A DNA stretch of 64,000 nucleotides from an uncultured Gemmatimonadaceae bacterium (lineage in GTDB: Bacteria > Gemmatimonadota > Gemmatimonadetes > Gemmatimonadales > Gemmatimonadaceae): the NCBI GenBank assembly GCA_963843845.1, contig CAWJMB010000002.1, positions 128,001-192,000 on the forward strand, given 5' to 3'. Below, in pieces: positions 40,289 through 50,100 of the stretch (the stretch's first letter is position 1; the number at the start of each line of letters is the position of its first letter). A program made the translations under genes and the position numbers. The notes beneath the pieces are model-generated. The model did no database searches, was not told where the DNA came from, and was given only the letters and a program-made list of their open reading frames with translations.

Positions 40289-40298
40289 CGCATCGGCG

Positions 40299-40892
40299 AT
40301 GATCGCGCTCGCTCCCGTCACGCTCGAGGGACACGGCGTTCGCCTGGAGCCGCTCGACGCCGCACACGTCGACGCGCTCGCCGCCGCGGCGGCGGACGGC
40401 CGGCTGTGGGAGCTGTGGTTCACGAGCGTGCCGGAGCCCGAGCGTACGGCGGCGTACATCGAGGCGGCGCTCGCCGGACAGGCGGAGGGGCACATGCTGC
40501 CCTGGGTCGTCCGCGACCTCGCGACGAACACCGTCGTCGGCACGACGCGCTTCCACGACGTCGTGCCGTCGGCCGACCGCGTCGAGATCGGCTACACCTG
40601 GTACTCGGCGAGCCGTCACCGCAGCCACGTGAACACGGCGTGCAAGCTGCTGCTCCTCGCGCACGCGTTCGACGGCGTGGGGTGCGCGGTCGTCGGCCTG
40701 CGAACCGACAACTTCAACGTCCGCTCGCAGCGTGCGATCGAGGCGTTGGGCGCGAAGAAGGACGGTGTGATCCGCCACCACCAGGTGCGGCGCGACGGCA
40801 CGGTGCGGGACAGCGTGATGTACAGCATCCTCGCCGCCGAGTGGCGCGACGTGCGGCGGCACCTGGAGCTGCGGATGGCGCGGCACGCGTGA
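40299..40892 (+). CDS. GNAT acetyltransferase (RimJ/RimL-like)
   Basis: VEIGYTW, VNTACKLLLLAHAF, N.RSQRAIEALGAKKDG, RDSVMYSI. Confidence 0.9.
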   Translation: MIALAPVTLEGHGVRLEPLDAAHVDALAAAAADGRLWELWFTSVPEPERTAAYIEAALAGQAEGHMLPWVVRDLATNTVVGTTRFHDVVPSADRVEIGYTWYSASRHRSHVNTACKLLLLAHAFDGVGCAVVGLRTDNFNVRSQRAIEALGAKKDGVIRHHQVRRDGTVRDSVMYSILAAEWRDVRRHLELRMARHA

Positions 40893-40896
40893 CGAC

Positions 40897-40947
40897 CGGG
40901 GATCGGGGATCGGCTCGCTAGGCGACCCACCCCGATTCCCGACCCGA
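40897..40947. repeat. Heptamer inverted-repeat element, family C copy 2
   Basis: CGGGGAT CGGGGAT CGG ... CCCGATT CCCGACC CGA between convergent genes. Confidence 0.6.
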
Positions 40948-40953
40948 GGCGCT

Positions 40954-41727
40954 TCAGAGCTCTCGCACGCGCTTCGCGATCGGCCGCCCGTTGGCCTGCA
41001 TCTCGACGTCGAACTCGAGCACGGCCTGGCGGCGGAACAGTGAGCCGAACAGACTGTTCGCGATCGTCACGCCGGCCTCGTTCTTCACGTCCGAGATGTG
41101 GACGTAGATGTCGTCGCGGAACTCGCCGGGCTTGTAGCCGGTGTACATCGTGATGAAGCCGTACCCCTTCCCTTCGTCGGCGTGGTGCATGAAACCCGTC
41201 TTGACGTCCGGGTCTTCCTTCGGCGCCGGGACCATGTTGGGCATCAGGTAGCCCGACCAGAAGAAGTCGCAGTCGCGCCGCAGGTCGCCCGACACGTTGG
41301 AGAAGCCGAGGACGTCGACCCGCTTGCCCTGGCTCTGGAGCGCCTTGACGAGCTTCAGGTAGTCGCCGTCGCCGGAGACGAGGAGGATGTAGTCGAGGTA
41401 CTGGCCCTGCGTCAGCGCGTCGACGGCGATGTCGACGTCGACGTTGCTCTTCGTCGTGACGCCTCCCTCGCGGTTCTCGTACTTGCGCGTCGGCTTCAGC
41501 ACGACGTTGTACCCCTCGCGCCGGATCGCCGCGCGCGCGATGTCGCGGCGGAGCTTGCGCTCTCGATCCTGCGCCTCGAACTCCTCGTCGTAGGCGGCGT
41601 AGGTGTTCGCGCGGACGACCTGGGCGTTCTGGGCCTCGACGAGCAGGCGGAGGTTGCGATAGTTCAACCCGTTGCCGCCGTTACGCATGATGTTGTCGAC
41701 GTCGACGAAGATGCCAGCCTTGAGCAT
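40954..41727 (-). CDS. NYN (LabA/DUF88) ribonuclease domain plus C-terminal cold-shock/OB domain
   Basis: IFVDVDN, KSNVDVDIAVD, SGDGDY, CDFF; KGYGFI..DIYVHISD. Confidence 0.88.
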   Translation of the reverse strand: MLKAGIFVDVDNIMRNGGNGLNYRNLRLLVEAQNAQVVRANTYAAYDEEFEAQDRERKLRRDIARAAIRREGYNVVLKPTRKYENREGGVTTKSNVDVDIAVDALTQGQYLDYILLVSGDGDYLKLVKALQSQGKRVDVLGFSNVSGDLRRDCDFFWSGYLMPNMVPAPKEDPDVKTGFMHHADEGKGYGFITMYTGYKPGEFRDDIYVHISDVKNEAGVTIANSLFGSLFRRQAVLEFDVEMQANGRPIAKRVREL

Positions 41728-41790
41728 GGTGCGAATTCGGATGACTGAAAGGGACGGTCCGGACTAAGGGGGACAGTCGGGACTGTCGGA

Positions 41791-42468
41791 CTAGCCGCCG
41801 ATCGGGATGCGGGTGTTCATGGCCGCGTGCGACACGCCGAGTTTCTGCATCGCTTCCGGCGGGCAGCCGTTCCAGTTCGGGTTGAAGGTGTTGCCGATGT
41901 ACTCGAGGTCCTTCCACCCGGCCGAGCTCGAGAAGAAGCCGGCGGCGACGAGGTCGCGGAAGCGAAGGAAGAAGGCCCCGCCGGCGCGGAACTCCGGCCG
42001 CGTGCGGTCGGGCCACGATACGTCGTCGAGGATGGCGTGGCGTTGCGCCGCTTTCGCGGTCGCGTAGCTCACGCCGAAGCGGCGGCGCGATTCGGTGTCG
42101 ATCCAGCGCAGCCCGCCGCGCATCGCCGTCCGCGTCGCGTCGTCGGTCTCGGGGACCGACATGTGGTAGTCGATGTACCCGATGACGCCGGCCTCGGTCG
42201 CGCTGCCGGAGCGCGCGTCGCGCGGGATGATGTCGTCGGCAAGGACACTCGCGGTGCGCGCCTCTCTCGCGGTGAAGAACTTCCGCGTCGCGGTGTTCGC
42301 CGGCGGCTGCGCGGCGGCGGCGGTGGCGGGCTGGTTCGGCGTGGCGTGCGGCGTCTTCGGCGCCTGCTGCGCGCCGGGCGGCTGTGCGGGCTGCTGCGCC
42401 TCGAGCACCGCGGCGACCGGCGCGAGGCCCAGCACTTTCAGCGCGCGGCGGCGAGAGATGTCGGTCAT
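41791..42468 (-). CDS. Gluconate 2-dehydrogenase subunit-3-like Tat protein
   Basis: SRRRALK, LADDIIP...GSATEAGV..YID, GFFSS..G.KDLEYIGN. Confidence 0.88.
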   Translation of the reverse strand: MTDISRRRALKVLGLAPVAAVLEAQQPAQPPGAQQAPKTPHATPNQPATAAAAQPPANTATRKFFTAREARTASVLADDIIPRDARSGSATEAGVIGYIDYHMSVPETDDATRTAMRGGLRWIDTESRRRFGVSYATAKAAQRHAILDDVSWPDRTRPEFRAGGAFFLRFRDLVAAGFFSSSAGWKDLEYIGNTFNPNWNGCPPEAMQKLGVSHAAMNTRIPIGG

Positions 42469-42478
42469 GGATGCGTCC

Positions 42479-44152
42479 TCAGATCGCGCCGGCCTTGCGC
42501 TGCGCCGTGATGTAGTCGGCGGTGCGCCAGGCGAGGGCGAGGATCGTCCACGTCGGGTTCTTGTCGGCCTGCGAGACGAATGGGGCGCCGTCGGCGACGA
42601 ACAGGTTCTTCACGTCGTGCGCCTGACAGTTGCCGTTCAGCACCGAACTGTTCCTGTCGCTCCCCATCCGCAGCCCGCCCAGCTCGTGGATGATGCGGCC
42701 GCCGGGAGCGAGGCCATAGTCCTGCTCCTTCGTCGGCATCTGCGAGAACACGGTGCCGCCCATCTGCTGGACGAGCGCGCGGAAGGTCTCCTGCATGTGC
42801 TTCGACTGGTTCCGTTCGTAGTCGGACCACTTCCAGTGAAAGCGCAGCACCGGGATTCCCCACTGGTCGACGACGGTCGGGTCGATCTCACAGTAACTGT
42901 CGGCGTTCGGGATCATCTCGCCGCGCCCGGAGAAGCCGATCGTCGCGCCGTAGTACTTGCGATAGTCCTCCTTGAGCTTCGCGCCGTAGCCGCCGGCGCC
43001 CGGGTAGCGGTGGATCCCCCCCATGAACCCGTACGACGGCTGGCCGAGCCCGCCCCACACTTCGATGTGGTAGCCGCGGGGGAAGTCGAGCTTCCTGTTG
43101 TCGAGCCACCACGGCATGTAGACGTGCATGCCGCCGACGCCGTCCTCGTTGTGCGGCACGTGGTCGACCATCGCGGGGATGAACCCGCTCACGTCGGTGC
43201 CGGTCGTGTCGGTGATGTACTTGCCGGCGGTGCCGCTCGAGTTCGCGAGCCCCTGCGGGAACAGACTCGACTTCGAGTTCAGCAGCAGTCGCGACGACTC
43301 GAGCGCACTCGCCGCCAGCACGACCACGCGCCCCTCGGCCAGTCGGTCCTCGCCGGTCCGCTTGTCGACGTAGGCGACGCCGGTCGCGAGGCCGTCCTTG
43401 CCGATCGTGACCTCGCGCGCCATCGCGTTCGTCAACAGCGTCAGCCGCCCGGTCGCGAGCGCCGGCGCGATGAGCACGTCGGGGCTCGAGAAGTTCGCCT
43501 TGACGCTACAGCCGCGGTTGCACTGTCCGCAGTAGTGGCACGCCTGCCGCCCGTTGATCGGCCGCGTGATGATCGACAGTCGCGACGGGATGCAGGTGAT
43601 GTTCAGCTTGTCGCTCGCCTGCTTGACGAGCAGCTCGTAGCAGCGCGGCTTCGGCGCGGCGTGGAAGCGGCCGTCGGGATGGTTGGGCAGGTTCTCGTGG
43701 CTGCCGAATACGCCGATCAGGTCGTCGATGCGGTCGTAGTAGGGCGCGACGTCGTCGTAGGCGATCGGCCAGTCGTCGCCGAGCCCGTCGTGGGACTTCC
43801 CCTTGAAGTCGCGCGGGCCGAAGCGGAGGGAGATGCGCCCCCAGTGGTTCGTGCGGCCGCCGAGCATGCGGCCGCGCCACCAGTCGAAGCGGGTGCCGGG
43901 GGCGCGGGTGTACGGCTCGCCGTCGATCTCCCAGCCGCCGTCGCAGGCGTCGAACTCGCCGAACGGTCTCGTGCGCGTCGCGCGTCCTCGGCGCGGGGTG
44001 CCGTACGAGGGGGTGAGCATCCGTGCGTTCTTCGACGCATACCATTCAGGACCCGCCTCGAGCATCAGCACGCGCGCGCCGGCCCTCGTCAGCGCGTAGG
44101 CGGCCATCCCGCCGCCGGCGCCGGAGCCCACTATGACAACGTCGTAGGGCAT
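42479..44152 (-). CDS. GMC-family oxidoreductase (glycoside 3-dehydrogenase-like)
   Basis: VGSGAGGG, LGGRTNHWGR, CHYCGQC.RGC, IHELGG.RMG, NPTWTILAL. Confidence 0.92.
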   Translation of the reverse strand: MPYDVVIVGSGAGGGMAAYALTRAGARVLMLEAGPEWYASKNARMLTPSYGTPRRGRATRTRPFGEFDACDGGWEIDGEPYTRAPGTRFDWWRGRMLGGRTNHWGRISLRFGPRDFKGKSHDGLGDDWPIAYDDVAPYYDRIDDLIGVFGSHENLPNHPDGRFHAAPKPRCYELLVKQASDKLNITCIPSRLSIITRPINGRQACHYCGQCNRGCSVKANFSSPDVLIAPALATGRLTLLTNAMAREVTIGKDGLATGVAYVDKRTGEDRLAEGRVVVLAASALESSRLLLNSKSSLFPQGLANSSGTAGKYITDTTGTDVSGFIPAMVDHVPHNEDGVGGMHVYMPWWLDNRKLDFPRGYHIEVWGGLGQPSYGFMGGIHRYPGAGGYGAKLKEDYRKYYGATIGFSGRGEMIPNADSYCEIDPTVVDQWGIPVLRFHWKWSDYERNQSKHMQETFRALVQQMGGTVFSQMPTKEQDYGLAPGGRIIHELGGLRMGSDRNSSVLNGNCQAHDVKNLFVADGAPFVSQADKNPTWTILALAWRTADYITAQRKAGAI

Positions 44153-44176
44153 CGTTCTATCCTCGGACTGGGCCGA

Positions 44177-45025
44177 TCATTTCAGCGACGCGAGATAATT
44201 GACCGACGCGCGGATGGAGGTCAGCGGGTCGGTGGGACTGTCGTGCTCGACGAAGACGTGCTTCACGCCGGTCGAGTCGCCGGCATCGAGGACGGCGCGC
44301 CAGTCGATCGTGCCGGCGCCGACCTCGGTCATGCGGCGGTCGGGCGCGGGGCCGGCGTCCTTGAGGTGCAGCAGCGTGATGCGGCCGGCGTGGCGGTCGA
44401 TCCAGACGAGCGGGTCGTGGCCGGCCTTCACGAGCCAGTAGACGTCCATCTCGAAGTCGACGAGCGCGGGGTCGGTCTCGCGGAGCAGCAGGGCCATGGG
44501 GATGCGGCCGTCGACGAGTGGGAACTCGAAGTCGTGGTTGTGATAGGCGAAGCGCAGCCCCGCCGCCTTCGCCTGCGCCCCGGCCCGGTTGAACTGCTCG
44601 GCGATGCGCTTCCAGTCGTCGGCGGTTCTGCGCTGGGCCGCGTCGATCCACGGCACGGTCACCCACTGATGCCCGATGGCGCGCGCGTCGTCGAACGTCT
44701 TCGCCGCGGCGCTCCCCGTGACGAGGTCGAGCCCGAGGTGGGTGGAGGGCGACGTCAGGCGGTGCGCCTTCAGCATCGCCTTCACCTGCGCCGGCGTGCG
44801 TCCGAAGTACCCCGCGAACTCGACCTCGCGGTACCCGGCCGCCGCGACCTGGGCGAGCGTTCCCGGCATGTCCTTCTGCATGAGCTGCCGGACCGTGTAG
44901 AGCTGCAGCCCGATCGCCCGCGTGGGCGCCTTCCGTGCGGACAGTGTCGCGGCGGCGTTGAGCTGCCGCCCCACCCCCGTCGCGACCGTGGCGCCGAGTG
45001 CAGTGAGGAAAGAACGACGATTCAT
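44177..45025 (-). CDS. Tat-exported sugar phosphate isomerase/epimerase TIM barrel
   Basis: MNRRSFL, GLQLYTVR, YHNHDFEF, FEMDVYW, HLKD, VEHD. Confidence 0.9.
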   Translation of the reverse strand: MNRRSFLTALGATVATGVGRQLNAAATLSARKAPTRAIGLQLYTVRQLMQKDMPGTLAQVAAAGYREVEFAGYFGRTPAQVKAMLKAHRLTSPSTHLGLDLVTGSAAAKTFDDARAIGHQWVTVPWIDAAQRRTADDWKRIAEQFNRAGAQAKAAGLRFAYHNHDFEFPLVDGRIPMALLLRETDPALVDFEMDVYWLVKAGHDPLVWIDRHAGRITLLHLKDAGPAPDRRMTEVGAGTIDWRAVLDAGDSTGVKHVFVEHDSPTDPLTSIRASVNYLASLK

Positions 45026-45187
45026 GGGAGGGCGTGGGGCGGGGGAACGCGTACCATGGCCCGGCGCGGTGGGGGACACAAGGTCCGGGCGGCGTCGGTA
45101 TGTTCGAGGACGGTGTGGGGGGGGCGCTGTGGCGGGGTCGGTGTGGCGGGGGCGACGAACCGGGGTCGGTGGAGCGGGAGGGGAGTC

Positions 45188-47170
45188 ATGTCATTCGCGT
45201 TCGTGCAGCGCGCGTCGACCGCCGGGCCGGAGCGGCCGATCGTGCCGGCGGTGCGTCGCGGGGTGGAGCGGGCGACCGGCCGGTCGCTCGCCGGCGCGAG
45301 ACTGCACGTCGGGGGGGCGAGCGACGCGGCGGCGCGGTCGCTGCGCGCGGACGCGTTCACCGTCGGGCGCGACGTGCACGTGGCGTCGGCGCGGTACCGG
45401 CCGGGGACGTCCGGCGGGGACCGGCTCGTGGCGCACGAGCTGGCGCACGTCGCGCAGCAGGGGGCGCGGACGGTGCCGGCCGGTGCGTCGCTCGCCGTGC
45501 GCGCCCCGGGCGACGGCGCCGAGCGCGAGGCGGACGCGGTCGCGGAGCGCGCGTCGGGCGGGACGCTCGGCGGCCCGGCGTCTGTCCACGGTGTGCAGTC
45601 CGTCGCGCCGGCGGTGCAGCGCGCCGTGTCGCAGAAGCAGACCGTCGGCGTCGACGTGAAGGCCGCCGACGTCAAGTCGCTCGAAGGCGGCACCTACTGG
45701 ACGCAGCGGCTCGGCACGATCTACGATCTCACCGTGCCGGCGCGCTTCGGCGACGCCGAGGAGCGCGACGCGGTGCTGAGCGTGGCGCACGCGCTGCACA
45801 CGCGGCTCGGGACGCCGACGAAGGCGAACGAGCAGCTGCTCCACATTCCCGCGCGCGGCACGACGACGCCGCCGCTCGCCTACCGAGCGAAGTTCACTCC
45901 GGCCGCCGACGCCGACAGCCGGCCGTCGCTCGAGCTGGAGTTCGTCGCGGAAGGCGCCGATGTCGCCGCCGCGGTGGGGAAGACGGCCGCGAGCACGATC
46001 CCGACGAACTACGCCGGGCGCGGCGACGCCGCCGACGCCGAGATCGACATGTGGAAGGCGAAGAAGGCGACGAACACGCTCGGCGCGATCTCGTGGAAGG
46101 GGACCGTGCCGGCGGCGGAGCTGGTCGCCGCGAAGTTCGCGCTCCTCGGCTACGCGGAGCACGGCACGCGGAACGCGGAAGTCGACGCGATCGTGCCGCT
46201 GTCGGACGGGACGACGCGCGTGCTCTACACGTTCGTGTTCAGCGGCGCCGCGAACGACGTCGAGGTCGAGCGGATCGGACCGGCCGGCACGGGGACGCAG
46301 GCGCTCGACCCGGCGACGCGCACGTTCGACGTGAAGCGCGTGAGCGGCTACACGCCCGAGTTCGACGCCGACGCGGCGAAGCTCAAGACGTGGCTCGCGA
46401 CGCGCTACCCGGCGATCGTGCCGGCGGGCACCGACGCGCCGGCGATCGTGACCGACGTGAACACGAAGCTCGACGCCGCCGCGACGACGCCGGCGTTCTT
46501 CGGCGCGAACTACGGCATGCCGGTGGTCGACGCGGCCGGCGCCGCGACGCGCCTCACGACGGCGCACGGCTGGGACGCGCAGCGAGCGGCCGACACGAAG
46601 ACCTTCTCGACCGCCGACCTGAAGCTCGTCGAGCTGTCGCTCGAGCTGCTCGCCGACCCGATGCTGAAGCTCGTGCGCGGCGCGACGCTCGCGCGGCAGA
46701 AAGTCGCGCTCGAGAAGGTCACGACGCCGGGGAAGAAGGGCGCCGCGCCGACGGTGACGTACGAGGCCGACGAGTCGACGCGCGGCGAGGCGATCTTCAC
46801 GGGGAGCGACCGCACGCTGCTCGTCTACGACAGCATCACGCAGTCGGACGCGTCGATGTTCATCGGCACCGGCGCGAACGCGTCGCCGATGAGCGCGATG
46901 ACGATGGTGCACGAGTTCGGGCACCTGGTCGGCTGGTCGGCGTCGGTGCTCTCGACGTTCAACGCGACGTTCGCGAACCAGAAGTCGAAGCTGAACGCGG
47001 CGCCGGTGACGTGGTACGCGGCGAGCGGGCCGCAGACGGAGTTCTTTCCGGAGGCGTTCGCGATCTTCAACGCGGACCCGGCGTGGATGCAGGCGAACGT
47101 GCCGGCGATGCACGCGTGGTTCGTGACGCTGACGACGACGGGGGCGCCGCCGGCGGCGGGGTCACCCTGA
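45188..47170 (+). CDS. DUF4157 (eCIS core domain) effector with C-terminal zinc metallopeptidase motif
   Basis: ADAFTVGRDV..Y.PGT..G.RLVAHELAHVAQQ; C-terminal MVHEFGH...YAAS..EFFPEAF. Confidence 0.8.
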   Translation: MSFAFVQRASTAGPERPIVPAVRRGVERATGRSLAGARLHVGGASDAAARSLRADAFTVGRDVHVASARYRPGTSGGDRLVAHELAHVAQQGARTVPAGASLAVRAPGDGAEREADAVAERASGGTLGGPASVHGVQSVAPAVQRAVSQKQTVGVDVKAADVKSLEGGTYWTQRLGTIYDLTVPARFGDAEERDAVLSVAHALHTRLGTPTKANEQLLHIPARGTTTPPLAYRAKFTPAADADSRPSLELEFVAEGADVAAAVGKTAASTIPTNYAGRGDAADAEIDMWKAKKATNTLGAISWKGTVPAAELVAAKFALLGYAEHGTRNAEVDAIVPLSDGTTRVLYTFVFSGAANDVEVERIGPAGTGTQALDPATRTFDVKRVSGYTPEFDADAAKLKTWLATRYPAIVPAGTDAPAIVTDVNTKLDAAATTPAFFGANYGMPVVDAAGAATRLTTAHGWDAQRAADTKTFSTADLKLVELSLELLADPMLKLVRGATLARQKVALEKVTTPGKKGAAPTVTYEADESTRGEAIFTGSDRTLLVYDSITQSDASMFIGTGANASPMSAMTMVHEFGHLVGWSASVLSTFNATFANQKSKLNAAPVTWYAASGPQTEFFPEAFAIFNADPAWMQANVPAMHAWFVTLTTTGAPPAAGSP

Positions 47171-47172
47171 GC

Positions 47173-50100
47173 TCACGGGAGCAGCGTCAGGGTGCCGGCG
47201 TCGTCGACGTACCACACCGTCGCGCCGGCGTCGGCGGCGTGCGCGTTCGCGCGGGCCGCCGCCGAGCTCTCGAACAGGTAGTTGACGAACCGGATGCGAT
47301 AGCGCTGTCCGTCCGCGGCGTTGACGACGAAGCCGGCCTTCTGCATCGCCAGGTAGTCCGCGACCTGCTCGTCGTCGATCTGGCCGCCCGTGCGGTAGAA
47401 CTTCATGTCCCAGACGTCGATGTCCGTCACGCCGGGTCGAGCGCCCGGACCGGGGTTGGCGAGGAACGCGTCGCTCGATCGCCCCCCGGCCGCGAGCAGA
47501 TGGATGTGGCCGTTGTCGGACTGGGTGACGCGGAGGCGCGCGACCGGGCTGATCCCGCCCTGCGAGCTGAGCACGTAGCGCCAGCTCCACTTCTCGAACA
47601 GCGCGCCGGCCGAGCCCTGCACCATCCCCTCGCCGAGCGTGCGGATGCGGACGATGTCGGGGGTGGTGGCGACGAGGTGATCGAGCTCCGCCGGCGTGTA
47701 GGAGCGGAGCACCTTCGCCGTCGTGACGCTCGCGTCGCGCACGGTGAGCACCTGGGCGCCGCCGGCCGTCGTGCGCTCGAAGCGGAGGCGGCTCGTCGGC
47801 GTGCGCACGACGAGCTCGATGCCGGTGTGCAGCGCGTCGTCCGCCTGTCGCCGCAGCCCGGCGTCGCGGCTCGCGAGCCCGCGCACGAGCTGATCGAGTC
47901 CGCTCTCGCTGCGCGGCTCGACCACGCCCAGCGAGCGGAGCGCCGCCTCCGGCTCGTCGTGACGCGTGAGGATGCCGACGATCCGGTCGGTCGCGCTGCG
48001 GACGTCGCCCCGCAGCCGGACGATCGCGTCGAGCCCCGCGAACTCTGGCGTGCCCATCGTCGCGAGCCGGCCGAGCGCTCGCTGCACGTCCGCCGCGCCG
48101 ATCTCCTTGCTGCCGAGCCCCATCATGACGGCGAGCGTGCGCGGCGAGGCGCCGGCGCCGAGGGCGTGCGCGACGCCGATCAGCGCCGCGGCGTCGGTCG
48201 CGGCGACGTGGCGTCCGAGTCCGACGAGCAGCGCGCGCACGCCGTCGGCGTCGGCGACGGCGAGCGTCGTCAGCGTGCCTTCGAGCGACGGCACCGCGGT
48301 CTGCGCCTGGAGCATCCGTAGCCCCTTCGCGCTGTGCGTCTGCGAGCGGCGCAGCACGTCTGCGGCGTCGGGGCCGGGCGCGACGACGAGGCGAGCGAGC
48401 GCGGGCGCCGGCATGCTGTGGCCGGCCGGGAGCAAGAGATAGCGCGGAGTCGTCTCGCCGGGCGCCGTCAGGCGAAGCACTCCCGCCTCGTTGTCCACGA
48501 GATAGCCGGCGGTGCGGAAGCGCGTCGTGAGCGCGTGCGGCGTCGTGCCCGGCATGTTCGGGTTGTACTCGTACCGCCCGTTCGCGAGCACGATCGCGTC
48601 GCCGACGACCTCGTTCGGCGGCGGCGGGCCCGCCGTGAGCGCCGGCCTCGGGTACACCTGCGCGCGGATGCTCAGCCCGAACTCCTGGCTCAGCTTCGCG
48701 AGGTTGAGGACGGCGCTCGCGTCTTCGGGGAGGCCGAGGCTCGCGCGCTGCCACCCGGCGACGTCGCGCGCGGCGAGCCGGCGCAGGGCGCCAGCCATCT
48801 CGTCGCTCAGCCACGCCTGGCGCGCCTTCACCAGCTCGAACTGCGCTTCGGTCAGCCGGCCACGCACGATCGGGTCGCGCATCATCCCCTGGATCGCCTC
48901 CGCCTCGGCCCGGATCGCCAGGATACGCGAGTGGAGCTGCGAGACGAGCGGGCCGGAGCCCTGTTGCAGCTGCCGCATGAGCTCCGGGGCGCCCAGCAGG
49001 GCGCCGAGCGTCGTGAGGACGAGCGAGCTGACGAGGAACGACGTGAGATCGGGGGGCAGCGCGCCGTGCTCGAGGTACTCGATCAGCGCGCCGACGCCCG
49101 TCGCGGCGACGAGGTGGCCGCCGAAGACGATGCTGAACTGCGCGAACGCCTGCTGCGGCACGAGCAGCTTCGCGCCGGCGACGATGCCGACGTTGAGGAC
49201 GCGGAAGACGCCGAACGTGACCGCGGACTTTGCGAACTCCCGGACCACGTCGACGCCGCTCACGGTCCGGCCGAGGGCGATCGGCGTGGCGATCGAGGTG
49301 ACGACGGTGAACGCGGCCGCCTCGCCGAGCGTGATCGAGATCGCGCCGGCGCCGAGCCCGCTCAGCGCGCCGCCGGTGGCCGCGGTGGCCAAGAGCGCGC
49401 CGATGGCGAGGAGGATGCGCCGGTTGTTCTCGCGGCGTCGCACGTCGCGGATCTGGTCGACCAGGCGGTAGAGGTTCTGCTGCGAGCGGAACACCCACCG
49501 GTCGAGCTGCGCGAAGTCGGACGTCGCGAGATAGTCGACCGCCCCGTTGCGCAGCTGCATGACGACCGCGATCCACTCGGCTTTGTCGTCCGCGTCGCCG
49601 ACGTCGCTGCGCATCAGGTCCAGATAGATGCCGATCCCGGCGCCCCACATGTTGAGCACGGGGACGCTCGCGGCGGCGACGCCGGCGCGCCGCTCGAGCG
49701 CGTTGACGGCGGCGAGGTACGACGCGTCGCGCGGGCCGCTCCACACGGTGGCCGCGTCGGTGCGGAGCTGCTCGAGTCGGTGCAGCAGCTGCGTGAGCTC
49801 CCACCCGTATTCGGCGATAGCGTCGATCAGCGGCGCGTTCTCCGGCAGGTTCGTCGCCGACGGGGACGGCGCGCCGGGGAGCTGGTACACGGTGTCGATC
49901 AGCGTGCCGACGCCCGTGCGGAGCGTCGCGAGGCGCCGGTCCGCCGTCGTGCCGATCCAGTCTCCGAGCCGCGCGGCCATCACGCCGCGGCGCTCGCTCG
50001 CGTCCGCCGCGACGGGGAGCGCGCTCGCCGCGAGGTCGTAGAGCACGTCGGACCGCAGCTCGCGCAGCACCTTCGCTTCCTCGAGCCGGTCGATCGACGC

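Noticed and set aside
42173..45187. 1665-aa ORF as one giant protein
   Set aside because: The first ~1000 aa are the antisense shadow of the GMC and isomerase genes; the real start is ATG 45188 after a GGGAG SD
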